Source: a candidate division WOR-3 bacterium
GTDB lineage: Bacteria; Hydrothermota; Tepidihabitantia; Tepidihabitantales; Tepidihabitantaceae
Assembly (NCBI GenBank): GCA_965649205.1
Contig: CBFGJV010000007.1
Span: forward strand, 1 to 64,000
Direction: 5' to 3'
DNA length: 64,000 nt
Part shown: piece after piece, positions 19,401-30,409 of the stretch
How the letters are laid out: every line of letters starts with the position of its first letter
Position numbering within the stretch: position 1 is the first letter of the stretch
The notes under the pieces: generated by a model
Told to the model about the DNA's origin: nothing
The model's input: the letters and a program-made list of their open reading frames with translations, nothing else
The model's database searches: none
Made by a program: the position numbers and the translations under genes

Positions 19401-20475
19401 GCCTTATTCTATACCGATAATGGCCCGTGTGGCGGGAAAGGTTGTCTATCACGATATTGAAGTGGGAATTACGCTGCGGGAGGATATTGACGAACATACC
19501 GAGAGGATGCAGCGCATTATTACCGAGGACCGGCGGCGCAAGTTGCATCCTCGGATTACGATAGTTGACGACAAGGGTAAACCGCTGGACAACTACGCTC
19601 TACCTACGGGTGCATATCTGGTGGCGGACAATGGGATTTCGGTCTTGCCGGGTGACACCCTTGCCCGTTTGCTCAAGGAGATGGGGCGTACCCGAGACAT
19701 AACTGGCGGTCTGCCCAAGGTAGCCGAGCTGTTTGAGGCCAAGCATGTCAAGGACCCGGCGGTAATCTCCGAAATAGACGGAACGGTGTATGTGGGTGAG
19801 CCCAAGGAGGGCGTGCGGGAGGTTAAGGTTGTGTCCGAGGGTGGTACGGAGAAGGTCTACGAGATTCCCTACGGTAAGCATATGCTGGTGCAGACTGGCG
19901 ATAAGGTGGCTGCCGGCGATAAACTGTGCGAGGGAGCGGTGGATCCCCACGATGTTCTGCGGGTCAAGGGCTGGCTGGCAGTGCAGGAGTTTCTCACCAA
20001 TCAAATTCAGGCAGTTTACCGTTTGCAGAAGGTGAAAATAAACGATAAACATATCTCGGTGATCGTGCGGCAGATGTTACGCAAGGGCAAGGTTCTGGAT
20101 GCGGGTGATTCCAGCTTTATAGAAGGTGAGATTGTAGAACGGCGAAGACTCTACGAGGAAAACCAGAAACTGGTGGCGGAGAATCTGCGCCCGGCAACGT
20201 TTCAACCCATACTTCTGGGTATTACCCGGGCCGCACTGCTTACCGAGAGTTTCCTTTCTGCAGCATCTTTCCAGGAGACTACCCGGGTTTTGTCCGAAGC
20301 TGCGATTCAGGGACGCTTGGACAGACTGCGTGGTTTGAAAGAGAATGTCATCGTGGGACGGCTGGTTCCGGCCGGAACCGGCTTCCGCGAGTTCAGTCGT
20401 ATCAAGCTTGTGGAAGACGAGAAGAAAAAGCCGACACATGAGGCAAAGGAAACACAGGAGGTGGCGGAAGAATGA
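16441..20475 (+). CDS. rpoC: DNA-directed RNA polymerase subunit beta'
   Basis: NADFDGD catalytic motif, Zn fingers, trigger loop with an SI3-type insertion; alternative GTG start at 16432. Confidence 0.99.
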   Translation: MIADRDFRDFDALRLRLASPETIRSWSSGEVVKPETINYRTQKPERDGLFCERIFGPVKDYECNCGKYKKIRYKGIVCDRCGVEVTTSSVRRHRMGHIDLVVPVAHTLFYQVPPSKIGLMLALTINQVETILNYEAYIVIEPGDSPYKKNELLAEEDVRECRSRYEGFQADTGAPALKTLLSKVELDDLAAELRTRIKHETSRRFDLLRRLRVVEAFRSSGARPEWMILDVLPVIPPDLRPLVPLEGGRYATSDLNDLYKRVIVRNNRLKHLMSIKTPDIILKNEKRMLQDAVDTLFSNETRPRPVRGRGNRPLKSLCEALRGKQGRFRRNLLGKRVDYSGRSVIVVDPTLKLHQCSLPKEMALELFKPMILRELEARHLAESERGAKSMYRREAPEVWEVLEEVTKDHPVLLNRAPTLHRVSIEGFFPVLSEQRAIGIHPLVCPPFNADFDGDTMSVHVPLTPEAIMETAVLTLSSHNILSPAHGRPLMVPSQDIVAGVYFMTKERPSLGKAKKHFDDFATVRSAYELGELQVHEPVVFHYGGQRYETTVGRVLLNEVLPEQLRFVNETYAKDKLTALIDRCARKLGMDTTARLLDAIEELGFEMATKSGLSIGMEDVAVPEEKAEVLERSEKALRRVYRAYEKGQMTDSEKYNLVVNTWTLATAEVEEALMKKLSQDREGFNPVFMLIDSGARGSRTQAAQIGGMRGLMAKPQRRSVGEEVIETPIKSSFLEGLSVWEYFISTHGARKGLTDTALKTAEAGYLTRRLVDVAQDVVITMEDCGTILGQEVTALREGGDIVEPLSERIAGRFAVDDVVNPVSGEVIVRAGEEISDEAAEEIEDYGIESVRVRSVLTCEAPTGLCVKCYGRNLATGRLVEIGEAVGTVAAQSIGEPGTQLTLKTFHVGGVAARVAEETKAVAKFPGKVKFEGLNVSVRSDGETVALDQGRIIVTAPDRAVPFNVPAGAVIRVKDGQDATEGEILFEWEPYSIPIMARVAGKVVYHDIEVGITLREDIDEHTERMQRIITEDRRRKLHPRITIVDDKGKPLDNYALPTGAYLVADNGISVLPGDTLARLLKEMGRTRDITGGLPKVAELFEAKHVKDPAVISEIDGTVYVGEPKEGVREVKVVSEGGTEKVYEIPYGKHMLVQTGDKVAAGDKLCEGAVDPHDVLRVKGWLAVQEFLTNQIQAVYRLQKVKINDKHISVIVRQMLRKGKVLDAGDSSFIEGEIVERRRLYEENQKLVAENLRPATFQPILLGITRAALLTESFLSAASFQETTRVLSEAAIQGRLDRLRGLKENVIVGRLVPAGTGFREFSRIKLVEDEKKKPTHEAKETQEVAEE

Positions 20476-20507
20476 TATATCTGATGTTATGTCGGGAGGC
20501 GGACTAA
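20472..20507 (+). other. Candidate bridge ORF rpoC to rpsL (11 aa)
   Basis: ATGA overlap with the rpoC stop; TAA ends 1 nt before the rpsL ATG. Confidence 0.35.
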
Positions 20508-20508
20508 T

Positions 20509-20892
20509 ATGCCTACAACAAACCAACTGGTAAGAAAACCGCGTGTCAAGGTACCGCCGCGGTCAAAAACACCGGCTCTGCGGGGCAATCCGCAGAAGCG
20601 GGGTGTGTGTACACGCGTCTATACAACTACACCCAAGAAGCCCAATTCTGCCTTGCGTAAGGTTTGCAAGGTGCGTCTCACGCACGGTCAGGAAATAACC
20701 TGCTACATACCGGGCGAGGGACACAACCTGCAGGAACACGCTGTCGTGCTTGTACGCGGAGGACGTGTAAAGGATCTCCCTGGTGTACGTTATCATGTAA
20801 TACGAGGTGTACTGGACGCAGCCGGGGTAGAAGGACGCAGGCAGGGACGCAGCCTGTACGGCGCCAAACGGCCTAAGAGTCAATCTGGATAA
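20509..20892 (+). CDS. rpsL: 30S ribosomal protein S12
   Basis: [22 protein letters not shown]. Confidence 0.99.
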   Translation: MPTTNQLVRKPRVKVPPRSKTPALRGNPQKRGVCTRVYTTTPKKPNSALRKVCKVRLTHGQEITCYIPGEGHNLQEHAVVLVRGGRVKDLPGVRYHVIRGVLDAAGVEGRRQGRSLYGAKRPKSQSG

Positions 20893-20904
20893 AGGGAGGT
20901 ACGG

Positions 20905-21375
20905 ATGGCACGCAGACGAAGAGCTACTCCCAGGATACCTGCGCCCGATCCGCGTTACAATTCGACGTTCGTCGCTAAGTTTATCAACAGTATGATGTGG
21001 GACGGGAAGAAGACCGTAGCCCAGCGGATATTCTATAGCGCCATGGACCTGATTACCGAACGTACGAAAGAAGACGGCTATCAGGTTTTTGAGCGGGCGA
21101 TGAATAACGTCAAACCCGTGCTAGAAGTACGACCCCGGCGGGTGGGGGGCGCTACCTACCAGATTCCTATGGAAGTGCGTCCCGCGCGTCGTGATCGTCT
21201 GGCGATAAAATGGGTCATAGACGCGGCTCGCAGTCGCAGCGAGCACACGATGATAGAAAGACTCGCGGCCGAACTGATAGATGCCAGCAAAGGCCAGGGC
21301 GCGGCGGTGAAGAAGAAGGAAGACACGCACAAGATGGCGGAAGCGAACCGCGCTTTTGCTCATTACCGCTGGTAG
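20905..21375 (+). CDS. rpsG: 30S ribosomal protein S7
   Basis: [26 protein letters not shown]. Confidence 0.99.
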   Translation: MARRRRATPRIPAPDPRYNSTFVAKFINSMMWDGKKTVAQRIFYSAMDLITERTKEDGYQVFERAMNNVKPVLEVRPRRVGGATYQIPMEVRPARRDRLAIKWVIDAARSRSEHTMIERLAAELIDASKGQGAAVKKKEDTHKMAEANRAFAHYRW

Positions 21376-21393
21376 GCAGCTCAGAGTTTTCCT

Positions 21394-22344
21394 TTATTCC
21401 TGCAGGAGAATAAGCGCCAGGTTGCGGCCGGTGGGTTGGTTCCGCCGGGCAGAGTAAAACAGGGCGGGGTTCTCCTTACTGCATAGATTTAGCGAAGCTG
21501 TTTCGGTCAGTCCTAGTTCAACAAGCTGCCAGCGATTGGCAGCGCGCAGATCAAGATGGTACAATTCTCCAAGATGGCTTGGTAACGATCCAATGCGGGT
21601 GAGTGCTATTTGCTCCGGCGGGAGGAGGAACTTTTCTGCCAGCGGGTAGGCACGGCGAAACGCGGCCGCAACGTCTTCACCTACCGTGTAGCAGTTGGTA
21701 CATATGCATGGGCCGAGGGCGAAGCATAACTCTGTGAGGGGAAGCGATAACTGGCAGGCCATCTGCCGGGCAAGCTTCTCTGCCAGCCTGGCGGCGGTAC
21801 CGCGCCAACCGCAATGGGCAAGACCAATGGCCCGCTGGCGAAGCGAGAATATGTACACAGGAAGACAGTCTGCCACCTTGATGCCCAGAGCAAGAGAAGG
21901 AATATTCGTGAAGAGGGCATCGCCCTTTTCCGCATCCGGTTGAGGAACTGTATCCGACACGGGCAGGATTATGTCGGAATGAGTCTGTTGCAGGGTAACC
22001 AACTCCAGGTTTCGGCGAGGCGAGTGCGCCTGCACGGAAGATGTCCACGTATCCCGCAACGCCTTGAGTAGGCGGACGCGGTTCTCGGCGACTGCGGCCG
22101 GCAGGTCTCCGACTTCAAAGGACAGGTTCCACGAGGCGTAGAGGCCGGTTGAGACTCCTCCTTTTCGGGTGGTAAAAATAAGGCGGAGGCAGGAAGTGGG
22201 TCGCAGTTCGTAGAACTCAACACCGTGTAAATGTTGCAACTTCCAGTCGGGTTTTTTTTCTGGAGAAGGTGAGAGTGGAAAAATGCGTTTCTGCGTTTTG
22301 AACCTCTTGTGGCTAAAGACTGTTTTCGCTCGTGCGCAGGTCAT
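21394..22344 (-). CDS. pgeF: Peptidoglycan editing factor / purine nucleoside phosphorylase (YfiH/PgeF family); start uncertain
   Basis: FTTRKGG, QTHS, VADCLPV, AHCGWRG, GPCI, FYSARR. Confidence 0.88.
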   Translation of the reverse strand: MTCARAKTVFSHKRFKTQKRIFPLSPSPEKKPDWKLQHLHGVEFYELRPTSCLRLIFTTRKGGVSTGLYASWNLSFEVGDLPAAVAENRVRLLKALRDTWTSSVQAHSPRRNLELVTLQQTHSDIILPVSDTVPQPDAEKGDALFTNIPSLALGIKVADCLPVYIFSLRQRAIGLAHCGWRGTAARLAEKLARQMACQLSLPLTELCFALGPCICTNCYTVGEDVAAAFRRAYPLAEKFLLPPEQIALTRIGSLPSHLGELYHLDLRAANRWQLVELGLTETASLNLCSKENPALFYSARRNQPTGRNLALILLQE

Positions 22345-24037
22345 GAAGCGTCAGATGGATGGAGCCGCGTCCTTGATACGTATTCTGTTCCACGCTGAAA
22401 CACACATCCAGACAGCCGGGGCGATCAGACGCTATGCTGGGCAAAAAGTCGCTCCGGCCCCAGGCGAGTGCAGGCAGTATCTTCTGGTTGGAACGCAATG
22501 TCAGTCGCAGATGGTTTTTGCCCACCCGACGAGGATAACCCACTACTTCCAGTCCCAGCGCTGCCAGAACGGGTTTGCGATTTTCCGGACCGTAAGGTTC
22601 GAGTTGAGCCAGAAACTTCAGCAGTTCTTCGTCAATTTCCTCCAAGCGGCAGAGAGCATCTATCTTGATACTGGGCTGGTATACCTCTGCGGGTAAACTT
22701 GCGGCATACCGGTTTATAGCCTCGGCAAAGGCTGGTATGTTCTGACGCGGGAGGTTGATGCCGGCAGCGTATTTGTGTCCGCCAAAACCGGATAGATGTT
22801 CGGCACTGGCCTGCAGAGACTCGTACAGGTTGAAACCATTGATGGAACGTCCCGAACCCTTGCCCTGATTTCCCTGGAGAGCGATAACGAAACTGGGTCG
22901 ATAGTAACGTTCAACCAATTTGGAAGCAACGATGCCAATGACACCCTGATGCCAGCCGTCTGCGGCCACCACGATAACCAGTTGTTCGTGCAGTTTATCT
23001 TGTTCTATGCGTTCGATGGCCTGGGCTAAGGTCTGTTCGCCCAAGTTCTGCCTTTTTTGGTTGTGGACGTGCAGAATTTCTGCTAAGCGTTCAGCCCGAG
23101 CCTGGTCCTCGGAAAGCAAAAGCTCCAAGGCGATGCCGGCATGACTTATGCGTCCCGCGGCATTCAGGCGCGGAGCCAATACGAAGCTTACGTCGTGGCT
23201 GGTGAGTCGTCGGCCGGCAATGCCGGCCCGTTTCAGGAGCGCCCGCAAGCCGACTCTACTGGTTTGGCGAAGGGCAGAAAGACCAAGCCGGGCGAGGATG
23301 CGATTTTCTCCTGTCAGAGGTACCATATCGGCGATGGTGCCGATGCCGACCAGGTCAAGCAGGATGGTCAGCTCCTCACGCGGACGGCCGAGAGCGGAAA
23401 GCAGGCTCCAGGCGACTTTGAAGGCCACGCCCACTCCGGCCAGCTCGGCAAAAGGATAGGTAGAATCTGGCCGTTTTGGGTTTACGAAGGCCAGCGCCGG
23501 CGGGTATACAGGGGGAACTTCATGATGGTCGGTGATAATAAGGTCAATACCCGTCTGTGCGGCCAATTGGGCTTCGATATGGTCGGTAGAGCCGCAGTCG
23601 GTAGTTATCAGTAACCGGACGCCCTGTTTTTGGCAGAAGTCAATGCCGGCAGGGGAAAGACCGTAGCCTTCAGATTCCCGATGGGGCAGGTACCAGATTA
23701 CATCCGCTCCCAGCTGGCGGAGCGTAGAAAAAAGCAGGGCGGTACTAGTGATGCCGTCAACATCGTAGTCACCGTAGATACATACGCGCTCACCTTTCTT
23801 TAAGGCGTCTAGCACACGTTCGGTGGTGATTTTGATATCCGGCAGACTGGCAGGTTGATGCAGTCGCGCCGGCGAAGGCGAAAGAAATTCGCGTGCTGCC
23901 TCGACAGTCGTAAATCCGCGGTGCAGCAGCAGACGTGCTGCCAATTCTGATAGGCCCAGTTCCTGCCGTAGAACCGCCACTTCGGCATCAGAAAGTTCTG
24001 GCAGTTGCCAGCGAAGAGATGAAGTCAGTTCAGACAC
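22313..24037 (-). CDS. recJ: Single-stranded-DNA-specific exonuclease RecJ
   Basis: YGDYDVDG, TDCG, TDHH, PRLNAAGR, GSGRS, GGHKYAAG; GTG start at 24037. Confidence 0.96.
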   Translation of the reverse strand: MSELTSSLRWQLPELSDAEVAVLRQELGLSELAARLLLHRGFTTVEAAREFLSPSPARLHQPASLPDIKITTERVLDALKKGERVCIYGDYDVDGITSTALLFSTLRQLGADVIWYLPHRESEGYGLSPAGIDFCQKQGVRLLITTDCGSTDHIEAQLAAQTGIDLIITDHHEVPPVYPPALAFVNPKRPDSTYPFAELAGVGVAFKVAWSLLSALGRPREELTILLDLVGIGTIADMVPLTGENRILARLGLSALRQTSRVGLRALLKRAGIAGRRLTSHDVSFVLAPRLNAAGRISHAGIALELLLSEDQARAERLAEILHVHNQKRQNLGEQTLAQAIERIEQDKLHEQLVIVVAADGWHQGVIGIVASKLVERYYRPSFVIALQGNQGKGSGRSINGFNLYESLQASAEHLSGFGGHKYAAGINLPRQNIPAFAEAINRYAASLPAEVYQPSIKIDALCRLEEIDEELLKFLAQLEPYGPENRKPVLAALGLEVVGYPRRVGKNHLRLTLRSNQKILPALAWGRSDFLPSIASDRPGCLDVCFSVEQNTYQGRGSIHLTLHDLRTSENSL

Positions 24038-24042
24038 GTCAA

Positions 24043-24070
24043 TTTCTAGCCGGTAGAATACAGATGTCAA
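24043..24070 (-). promoter_or_regulatory. Possible promoter for a leaderless recJ mRNA
   Basis: TTGACA-N16-TAGAAA, 5 nt before the GTG; -10 lacks the final T. Confidence 0.45.
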
Positions 24071-24109
24071 GTTTTGGAATTACCGGCAGAAGGGAATGCT
24101 GTTTTAGAT

Positions 24110-26137
24110 TCAGTTGGACTCGCCTTTTCTTCTTGCCAAGTGTGATTCCACCATGAGCAGCGAGGAGCGGGCCGCTTCGTGGTTCGGGTCAAGCTGTAGA
24201 GTTTGTAATAGTTCAGTCCTTGCTTGTTCCAGACTGTCCATGGAAACGAAGACCAAGCCCAGCAGGTAGTGATGCTCGGCGTTCAGAGGGTCCAGCGCCA
24301 CTGCAGAGAGATAATGAAGTCGTGCTTGGGAAAAATCCCGACGAGCGATGGCTAGACGTCCGCCAGCCAGTTCGGCGAGTACGCGGTTACGGGGATCAGT
24401 CCCCATCACCCTGGTCAGTTCTCTATATTCGGCTTCAGCTTCGGGGATTCTGCCCATACCCGCATAGGCGACGAAGAGACCGTAGCGGGCCACAGGATTA
24501 GCCGGATTTGCCTGCAGGGCGCGGTGGAATGCTTCGAACGCCTGTGCGTTTGACATTGTCATATACGTATTACCGGCTTGGGTCCAGGCTTGGGCTGAGT
24601 AGGTGCGACGATCGACTGGTATCAGGTTGGAACCAATGTAGAGGAGGGCGGCCAGACCAAGGACTAGAATGACTTGCAGTTTTTTTCCTGACTTGGCCGC
24701 GGTCACGGTTTCAATCACGGCGTATCCTGCAAACATCAGGAGAAAAGGAATTACCGGGGCACGCAGCCGGGAAAGTACATAAAAGACAAGAGAGGATAGC
24801 AGATAAGCGCAGACAAAAAGAAGTGGATAGAGATGAAGCGATCCCAATGCTGGTGCTTCTTCTTGCACCCTTGTGAGTTTTTGTTTGTCTCGCTTTACCA
24901 CGGTACGACGCAGGGAAAGAAAAATTCCCCCAATACCCAGTGCGGCAATGGCGCCGAAATTCAGAAATGACAGTTTGAGGGCCAGTGAATAGGGCCAGGC
25001 TGTTTCCGGATAGTAGTTGTTGGGCACCTCGTAGTTCGTCCAGAAAAGAAGGAATTTCCGGCCGAGCAGCCAGAGTGCGCGTCCGGGATTGGACACTATG
25101 AACGCCAGAGCCTTGCGCGTCCAATGTGCGGAGGCTTGCGACCAGGATACTTCTCTGCCGTCTATTATTCTGCTAGTACGTTTGAGTTGCTGATGGGAAA
25201 AACCAGTGGTACGTTCCAATTCGGTCTGTTGCCAGGTGCCGTCGGTCCACTGATTCCAGCCGTAGTAGAGATTTATGCCGGAGTGGGCGGTGAACAGTAT
25301 GGGCTCACGAGCCACCAGAAAATTGCGCACGGGCAAAACTGCCACAGTAAGCAGTGCGCCCAAACCTAAAGTGAGAACCGCCTGAAAACGTTTGCTTCTT
25401 TCCTCTGGGCGGAATACTGATGAAATTCCGCGGCCATCCAGGTTAGAGCTGGAAACAGACGATGGTGCAGGCCCGGTCTCTGCTGGGGCAAAGAGAAGCA
25501 GCAAAACAAAGGCAGGTAGCAGAATAAGCATTTCCGGCCGGCAGATAACCAAGAGTCCCAGAGAAATACCGGCGACAGCCCAGCGCCAGTTGTGTTTACC
25601 GCGTTTTGGGGAACAAAGGGCAGATGAGAGCAACTGAATGTTGCGCAGTATAAGCCAGAGTGTGAGTAGGGAGAAGAAAACGGTTATCTCCACATAGAGG
25701 AGTGCGCCGGTGTAGAACACCAAGATTCCGGTCAGAGCGAATCCGAATGCGGTCAATAAGGCAGTAGTACGGCCGAAGATGCGGCGGGTAGAGTCGTAGA
25801 GCAGATAGCAAGACGCAGTTGCCAGAATGCACTGAAACAGCTGTACCGCCAATACCTTAGGCCCGAATACCGCATACAATCCGGCAAGAAGATAGGGATA
25901 GAGTGGTCTCAGAAAGAACACGTCATTGCCCCAGAAGTTGCCGCGCAGGATATCCAGAGCCCAAGTATGATAGTACCAGGAGTCAATAGTTTGGGGTGAG
26001 ATGACAGAAAAGGGGTGACCACGCATTTCCAGTATAAACCAGAGCCGGATGCTGAAAGTCAGCGCCATTGCCAGCATGGGCAGTAGCATTGGTCTTTGCG
26101 GTTGACTGGAGACGGTTCGGGCACTGGGCCGTGGCAT
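24110..26137 (-). CDS. GT-C (GT39/ArnT/PMT-like) membrane glycosyltransferase with C-terminal TPRs; start uncertain
   Basis: DSWYYH..A, PLYPYLLA, ICRPE, many TM helices, C-terminal TPR-like helices. Confidence 0.78.
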   Translation of the reverse strand: MPRPSARTVSSQPQRPMLLPMLAMALTFSIRLWFILEMRGHPFSVISPQTIDSWYYHTWALDILRGNFWGNDVFFLRPLYPYLLAGLYAVFGPKVLAVQLFQCILATASCYLLYDSTRRIFGRTTALLTAFGFALTGILVFYTGALLYVEITVFFSLLTLWLILRNIQLLSSALCSPKRGKHNWRWAVAGISLGLLVICRPEMLILLPAFVLLLLFAPAETGPAPSSVSSSNLDGRGISSVFRPEERSKRFQAVLTLGLGALLTVAVLPVRNFLVAREPILFTAHSGINLYYGWNQWTDGTWQQTELERTTGFSHQQLKRTSRIIDGREVSWSQASAHWTRKALAFIVSNPGRALWLLGRKFLLFWTNYEVPNNYYPETAWPYSLALKLSFLNFGAIAALGIGGIFLSLRRTVVKRDKQKLTRVQEEAPALGSLHLYPLLFVCAYLLSSLVFYVLSRLRAPVIPFLLMFAGYAVIETVTAAKSGKKLQVILVLGLAALLYIGSNLIPVDRRTYSAQAWTQAGNTYMTMSNAQAFEAFHRALQANPANPVARYGLFVAYAGMGRIPEAEAEYRELTRVMGTDPRNRVLAELAGGRLAIARRDFSQARLHYLSAVALDPLNAEHHYLLGLVFVSMDSLEQARTELLQTLQLDPNHEAARSSLLMVESHLARRKGESN

Positions 26138-26956
26138 GCTAGCTGGGACTATCTTAGTTCTACCACAAACAGGGTCAAGGTTGCGCGGATATTTTCCGCT
26201 TTGGTTTTTCCGTCTACGAAGTACTTCCGGGCCCAATGCGTTGCGGTGTCAGGTTCTTAAGTTCCGGTTCTGTTTGATGGCGAGGGGTGTTTACCGTCTG
26301 CTTCTGCGTGATTACAGGCCCAAGGGTGATTTGCCAGCGGACTGCACACCAAAGAGGAGCGTCAATAGTCAGGGTCGGTCCGCTAGCTGACAAGAACCAA
26401 CTACCTCGTTGCCTAGAGGAAGTGGGTTTGGTAAGCGGTATCGATAAGTGCATAGAAAACCGTCAGATAACAAACTCGACTTTTGGCGTGTGATTTGAGT
26501 TCTGGCCCGGCAAGAAAAATACCCCCTCAAGGGGGGAGTGGCTCCCCCAGCGGTTGGGATCTTTGTAGGGCAGAGCAAGCGCAGGGTAAGATACGATGCA
26601 ATCTTCAGAAGAGTCAGGGGATTGTAGAACTGTCTGATAAACTGCGCCGGTTAGCCTTCTAATTGCTTTTAGAATTGCAAGTTGACGGCGTAAGTGATGG
26701 GCAAGGATATGGCTGGTTCAAATGATAGGGTCATAGTGTAGCTGATTACCCGGTGAGTGTCGGGTGTTTTTCACAGGCAGGGTTGCGTGTAGAACTTGGA
26801 TTCTGTTCTGGTGCCTGGCTTCGGGTAGGCAGGGGCAGGAATACGCATATCTGAACACGGTTGGGGCTAGACCGGGATTGTAATGCTGGACACGGCATCA
26901 GCCCGGGATTAATATCAGCGGGCGGTATGAGGGTTCTTGCGAGAGGAGTAATCAGA

Positions 26957-29343
26957 ATGTGCACGATATCTTTCTTCCTGTTGGTAGTAGTTGGGGCAAC
27001 GGCTGGGCCGGTTGGCTCGATTTCAGGCCAAGTGTTTGATCGGAGCACGCGGACTGGTCTGGCGGGAGCAAATGTTGTGGTAGTAGGCACTGAACTTGGC
27101 GCTTCTGCAGATGAAGCGGGTCGGTTTCTGATACAGAATGTGCCGATTGGAACCTACACCGTGGAAGCTTCTATGATGGGATATCAGACTCAGGCTCGTG
27201 CGAACGTAGTAGTGCAGCCTGGTCGTACAAGTGAACTTGCCTTTGGCCTTGCCCAAGAGGCAATTGCGTTGTCTGTGGTGACGGTCAAGGCTGACTATTT
27301 CCCCAAGGTTAAGGATGCACCGGTTTCCGAGCGAAACTTTGGCGCGGACGAAGTAAAGGTAGCTCCCGGCGGCTTGGGCGACATTCAACGAGTAGTGCAG
27401 GCAATGCCTTCGGTAGTTTCTTCCGGGGATCAAGATAACGAAGTGGTGGTACGAGGAGGAAATCCGGGGGAGAATCTGTTTCTTCTGGACGGTATAGAAC
27501 TGCCTTATCCGAATCATTTTGGTTCCTTTACAGCGCAGGGAGGGGCGATAAGCATGCTCAATTCTCTGCTTATACGCGAGGTGGATTTTATCGCCGGTGC
27601 TTTTCCGGCTCGTTATGGGAATCGCGCTTCCTCGGTGATGGACATCAGTTTGCGTCGCGGTTCCACGCGGGAGCTGGACGGAAATGTGGATATGGGCATG
27701 GCCGGTATGGGGATGGTAGCTGAATTTCCGCTGCCGGGTAAGGACAATTCTTTTCTGGGGTCATATCATAAGAGTTTTCTAGAGTTGATGGCCAAGGCAG
27801 GGGTGTGGGGGATGAGCGCGGTTCCCTACTATGATGATGCCTTGGGGAAGGCGACGATACGACTGCACCGTGCACATGAGCTTTCGTTGCTTGGTTTCTG
27901 GGGAAAGGATTATATCTTCATCGAGCCGGGCCAGGGTATCACCAAGGAAACATATACGGTTACGCAGACTACTTCACGGTTGGTGGCAGGCGCGACTTGG
28001 CAAGCTTTGTACGGGGATAAGGGATTTGGCCGACTCCTTTTGTTTGGCAACGATAATGTCTGGGACGGGTTTGCTTACGAGAGTACGGACGTTGCTGATA
28101 CGCTGATGTTTAATCGCTCGCGGGAAGCAAGCATAGGGATAAAGTATGACATGTCGTATCGTTTTGGGTCCGGACATGAGATTCAGGCGGGCGTAGGTTG
28201 GAACCGTTCGCCGGCAGATTTTCTGTACCGTTTGAAGCCGTTGCCAGTCTACCGCTACGTGTACAATCCTGATAGTACGGTTAGAGATTCGGTTCCTCTT
28301 CTTGACTCTTTGGGTAATCCTGTTGTCTGGAAATTCAATTGTGAGGGAGCTGGTGCATCCGGGAACGTAAATGGCTATGTACAGCACCGAGTGCAGCTGG
28401 GCGACTTGGGCGGGCTTACGGTCGGCCTGCGACTGGACCGATTTGGGTACACCGGTTACACCGCAGTTGCTCCCCGACTGGGTTTTTCTACGCGCCCGCT
28501 GTCAGCCGGAATATCCTTGCACGCGGGCTGGGGTTGGCATTATCAGCCACCTGCGTGGTACATTCTGTTTGGGATTCAGCGGCAAATCGAAATCTGCCGG
28601 ACAGGCGTTCTGACCATTACGTTGCGGGGTTGGAGCGAGTATTTGGCGAGGATGTAAAGTTATCACTGGAGCTGTATCTGAAGAACAATCTGCGCCAGCC
28701 AATACCATACTCTTGGACAACGCCGGATACATACGACTATCCTGCACGCTATGTGCCCGTAGGTCGTGGCGGAGCTACAGGGCTGGAGCTGTTTCTGCAA
28801 AAGAAGCATGCGGCTAACTGGCACGGAAGCGTAGCTTATTCTTTGTCCCGGAACTGGCGTAATGACCCACTAGATAACACGCGGCAGATACCAGGGGATT
28901 ACGATCATCGGCATGTGCTGACCTTGAGCGGGACATACATAATGGAGTTTCATAAACAGAAATGGTATCAGAGATTGCCGGGCTGGTTTCGGGCAACAAT
29001 AGGCGGCTTTTTCTTTTCAGATGAGGCTGGACTGGGTTTGCGTTTTCGTTATATGTCCGGCCGACCTTTTACTCCGCCGGTCTGGAATCCGGAAATAAGA
29101 CGCTGGGTAGCTGCGTCGGAATTGCCCAATACAGAACGTTACCCTGACTATCATCGTTTGGATGTGCGTTGGGACCACAAGTTTGTCTTTCCTCGGTGGA
29201 GTTTTTCTTGGTACTTTGAGGTACAGAACATATACAACCGCAGGAATGTCTGGGGCTACCGCTATGTGGACGGCACGGGAGAACGACAGGAATTGAGCGG
29301 TCTTGCTTTCTGGCCGATTGCCGGTCTGGTTATTCAGTTCTAG
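26957..29343 (+). pseudogene. TonB-dependent receptor (carboxypeptidase-regulatory-like + plug + barrel), one frameshift near 28570
   Basis: VVRGG..GEN...DGI plug; C-terminal RLD...NIYN...F; adding one T in CTGTTTGGG joins the ORFs as YILF-WDSAANRNL. Confidence 0.82.
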
Positions 29344-29346
29344 ACG

Positions 29347-30301
29347 TTACAGCATATCCGGATGCGGGAAGCGAATGAATTGATTGAAAAGGGACGTTTT
29401 ACGCACGCGTAAGGAGCTAATTTCCATACCGCAACTATCGTCGGGTTCGTCACTTTCCATCAGCCCAAACCAGGAGAGGGACTCTATGACGTGGGAGCGG
29501 ATGATCCAGAGTTCCATCTGTTCCAGCGGTAACGTGGAGCAAGGTTTTGCTATGTCTTGGCGTACGTAAGGCAGCAGGATTTCAGCGGGGAGACGAGAGA
29601 ATATTCAATCCAGTTGCCGGCGACCACGGACAGGCGCCAGAGGATTATGGTAAACAATTCCTGCAGGGAGGGAACTCGGAGCAGGTTCAAATAGTCCAAA
29701 TCCAGATGCCGAAAGAAAGAGACGAAAAGAAGCCAATAAAGACTACCAGCATTTTCTTCTGCCAACAGTTCCCGACCAAGTCTGGTTAGATACAACCGAC
29801 CTTGGCGTTTCCTGACCAGACCGGCATGATATGATACGGCATGAATGTAGAGCAGGGGCGGGATGTTTACCTCCGGTATTCTGCAAAACCCATTTCTTGA
29901 TTGACTTGTCTTCGCATGTCAGCCCACTGCAGGTGTTGACACTTAAGCAGCACGGAAGCGCGGTTCAGACTTCCTCGGGCAGTCAGCCCTAGTCCTTGCT
30001 TGTGGCCTACGAGCTGAAGAAATTTTCTGGCCTGGTCGAAGAAGAGCGTATTTTCTATCTCTTGTGACAACAGGTTGGCGGACAGTTTCATAGGCGATCG
30101 GGGGTCGTCCCGGTCCGTAGTCAGCAGGTTGAGCAGAATTTGCTCCAGCCATGCCCGAGGAGTGAGCTGGTCTACTAAGTCGGGCAACGAAGGAGGGGGC
30201 AGGTTGTTTTCGAATCTCACCATAAGAGAAAACAGGGAGTCAAAGCTATTCTGACGCCCTTCGGGAAACACAATGGTCAGTTTGACAACCGGTTCTGGCA
30301 T
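29347..30301 (-). pseudogene. Hypothetical protein broken by two frameshifts (about 29890 and about 29600)
   Basis: Three consecutive protein-like segments: MPEPVV...WADM, IPEVNIPPL...AGLVRKRQGRLYLT...WIEYS, RLPAEILLP...LSWFGL...RKTSLFNQFIRF..stop. Confidence 0.6.
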
Positions 30302-30309
30302 GGTAACAT
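30282..30309 (+). promoter_or_regulatory. sigma70-type promoter of the por operon
   Basis: TTGACA-N16-TAACAT with an extended TG. Confidence 0.7.
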
Positions 30310-30409
30310 ATCTGTCCGCGTAAAAGAAAAGTAAACGGTCTGACCTTGAGCTACACTGGAGGGTCAGGTAGATGACTAGCAATCAGCAATTTTTCTAGCT
30401 GGAGGTATA

